Origin: Octopus bimaculoides
Lineage: Eukaryota
DNA: 64,000 bases
Assembly: GCF_001194135.2 (NCBI RefSeq)
Contig: NC_068989.1
Location: forward strand, 4,360,319 to 4,424,318
Direction: 5' to 3'
Below are positions 47,843-64,000 of this stretch, piece by piece; position 1 is the first letter of the stretch; each line of letters opens with the position of its first letter. The translations under genes were made by a program, and so were the position numbers. Under the pieces are notes generated by a model. It saw nothing but the letters and a program-made list of their open reading frames with translations. It did no database searches and had not been told where the DNA came from.

Positions 47843-48968
47843 ATAATTAATTTTGCTAAGAGTTAACACACGAAACTTTCAATCTTTCAGTTACGCTGTA
47901 ACCTCTGCTAAACGTTAATAAAACGTTAATACATAATAAATTAGGTTTATTATTATAGTTTTATACCTTTCTTTTACATATTTTAATCTTATTTGAAATT
48001 CATCATATTTACATGAACAACAGAAACGTGTGTATTACAAACATCCTTCTTACTACGAATCTCTTTTTTACTGTCAGATAGATCAGTGTCTGCTAAACAC
48101 ACACATAATTTAGTCGTCGCTCAACCTCTCGAAAATAGCAGCGAAAACTCTCCCAAATCACACCCCAAAAATAAAGCTGGTCTTGAACAATGTAGCTTCT
48201 TATATACAATCGACGGGATTGTCACGACTGGAATGCCTTTCATTACATTTCTGGAATTCTGTTATTTATTTAAGTTCTTTTTTACGTTCTAAATTTAAAT
48301 CGCGTCGAGTCACCTTTTGGTTCAAAATCTGTGGGTCGTTAAAATAATTCCCAGTTAAACATTTGGGCCAATTTAAACGCGGTCAGTCCTCTAAATGTGA
48401 AAAAATACCTCATGGTTATGATGGGGATGGTGTCTGTCTCGGGAAATTCAGGATTAGCTTTTGTTACTTTTGTTGTTATTGTTTTTAATCTGAGACATTT
48501 TCACCATAAAAGCTGGAGTTTTTTCTTAACATATTCCAAGTACTTGTTACTTAATCAATGTAACCATGAAACTTTGACAAATATTAATAACAATATTCTA
48601 TATATTATTTCAATGAAAGAAAAAAGAAGATAAAAACAATAAAAATGTTGAACATGAAATTGCTTTGGTTTTATTATTTTGCGTCGGAGAAAGCGAAGAA
48701 CTGGTGGAATCGTCAGCACGCCGGACAAAATGCTTAGCGGCATTTCGTACACCTTTAGGCTCTGAGTTCAAATTCCGTTGGAATCAGCTGTACTTTTCAT
48801 CATTTCGGAGTCGATGTAATTGACTTACCCATCCCTCGAAAGTGCTGGCCCTGTGCCAAAATTTGTCTCCATAGTTATACTAAGGCATCAATATAGAGTG
48901 GCTGATTCTGCATGAGTAAAGATAAGCGAGTTCGTGATAAACGGAAAGGTTAGCAGATGTAGAATGCT

Positions 48969-49212
48969 GTGGAGGCGCGTGGTTTGGTGGTTAGGGTGTC
49001 AGCATCATGATCGTAAGATTGTGGTTTCGATTCCTGGACCGGGCGACGCGTTGTGTTCTTGAGCAAAACACTTCATTTCACGTTGCTCCAGAGCAAAATG
49101 CAGCGAGCTGGCAGAAACGTTAGCACGCCGGGGGAAATGCTTAGCGGTATTTCGTCTGCCGTTACGTTCTGAGTTCAAATTCCGCCGAGGTCGACTTTGC
49201 CTTTCATCCTCT
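48969..49212 (+). mobile_element. Two SINE heads in tandem (OR-like head, then family-1 head, 3' truncated)
   Basis: ggaggcgcgtggtttggtggttagg..ttcacgttgctccag is followed within about 10 nt by gcgagctggcagaaacgttagcacg..gcctttcatcc. Confidence 0.75.
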
Positions 49213-49643
49213 CGTCAGAGGTATGTTTTTTCTTGTTATCGTCCACTAAATTTATTCGATTCTATAGATTAATGAAGGAAAAGTTGTCTGAATCGAATTT
49301 AATGATTTCTTAATACATTTTCTTTCATCCCTATGATTTGGAATTTAATTATAAAACCCAGATTTACAATATTGATTTGATATTAGGACACAAGATTACA
49401 AATTTGTGCTGGAAAGAACATGAAAAATAGTCCACGAGGTTTATGATACTTATTTTCTGAAAGAAATTAAAGAAAAATCGAAACTTGGATTTCTACTCAA
49501 AACATAATCTTCCACGAAAAATACTAGTTACAAAAATTTATAAAACATTAAGGCATTTTATAGCATTCATAAATTTTAATCAAAGTGATATTTTCTCAGT
49601 CGTATCTATTATGTATATATTTCATATCCTCAATCAGTTATCT

Positions 49644-63138
<13,495 letters not shown>

Positions 63139-63543
63139 CTAGAAATATAAATAACGGTAACAGGAAGCGCCAATGAAGAGATAGGAAATGAATAATAACA
63201 ATATAGTCATTTATAGTCTATAGAATAAACATAATACTGTTGCAAATAACGATACGCCGTTGGTTTGGTAACTGACAAATACGACTTCGTTAACATACGA
63301 CACAATGTATAATTTTTAACATGTTAAATGTTCACGATAAAAGACGTAACATATGTAGCCTTAATGCATATGTTTACTTGAAATACAAAATACAGAGTAT
63401 GGAAAAAAGAAAACAAACGAAAGAAACTATAGAAAAGTCTCATCTTCACAGCTGTTTCGAGTGTACCATTGTTTATGTCATAGCCACATTCATGCATAAT
63501 AAAGACCCATGGTGTCTTAGGCGTATATAATAACAAAAATTCC

Positions 63544-63599
63544 TAGGAGTATATAATCTTCCAACAAAAATTCCATTGTTTGAAGATTATATACTCCTA
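63544..63599. repeat. Perfect 18-bp inverted repeat
   Basis: taggagtatataatcttc (63544-63561) and gaagattatatactccta (63582-63599); a further aaca/tgtt pair lies inside. Confidence 0.9.
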
Positions 63600-63778
63600 C
63601 GACATTATGGGTTTTTGTTATGTATGCACCTAGTTACGGCATAAGCTATGGTGCTCCCGAAATAGCTGTCAAGATAAGACTATTATACATCCCCTTCCAT
63701 TTACTCGTTCCCGTACTCTGCATATTGTATTTCATGTAAATGTATGTATTAAGCTTATTTGTCTTTATCTGCCATTTC

Positions 63779-63817
<39 letters not shown>

Positions 63818-64000
63818 CGCACACACATACACACACACACACAGATAGATATATAGGTAGATAGATAGATATGCATGAGAGGGCAGCACTCGCCATCAAA
63901 GTGACTCTGAGGAACAAATATACGAAGCCTAATATACCCATCATGACTACCCGTCTGATTATGTATGTGTGTTTGTGTGTGTAGATAGGCAGGCAGGTAG

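Noticed and set aside
63139-63210. In-frame hydrophobic MTILLLFISYLFIGASCYRYLYF ending in TAG just before the CHS-B exon, which A-to-I editing could turn into Trp
   Set aside because: The TAG is a phase-0 acceptor at the same position as the CHS-A exon 5 acceptor, and T-rich intron ends translate as hydrophobic by default. There is no evidence for editing.

Overview
AT-rich, microsatellite- and SINE-dense eukaryotic genomic DNA with 14 assembly gaps. The SINE families and gene content point to an octopus (coleoid cephalopod) genome; this is inference. The window holds two multi-exon, tail-to-tail chitin synthase (GT2) paralogues reconstructed by hand from splice signals and reading phase. CHS-A is on the + strand: 13 coding exons, 22530-44261, 1252 aa if ATG 22530 is the start. 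CHS-B is on the - strand: 8 exons in the window, 63138-49644, 1277 aa, 5'-partial. Both keep the catalytic DxD, GEDRW, QRRRW and SWGTR motifs. They share several non-canonical substitutions, carry very large Ser/Thr/Asp-rich insertions (184 aa and 335 aa) inside the catalytic domain, and differ at five intron positions. The rest is mobile DNA: a Penelope GIY-YIG fragment, CR1 and RTE LINE fragments, a TIR-complete internally deleted mariner, a Helentron-like element, foldback MITEs and several tRNA-derived SINE families (nested, dimeric, chimeric). Several minimal hammerhead-ribozyme-like motifs occur, including one on the sense strand of CHS-A intron 3. No CRISPR, rRNA or true tRNA gene was found.
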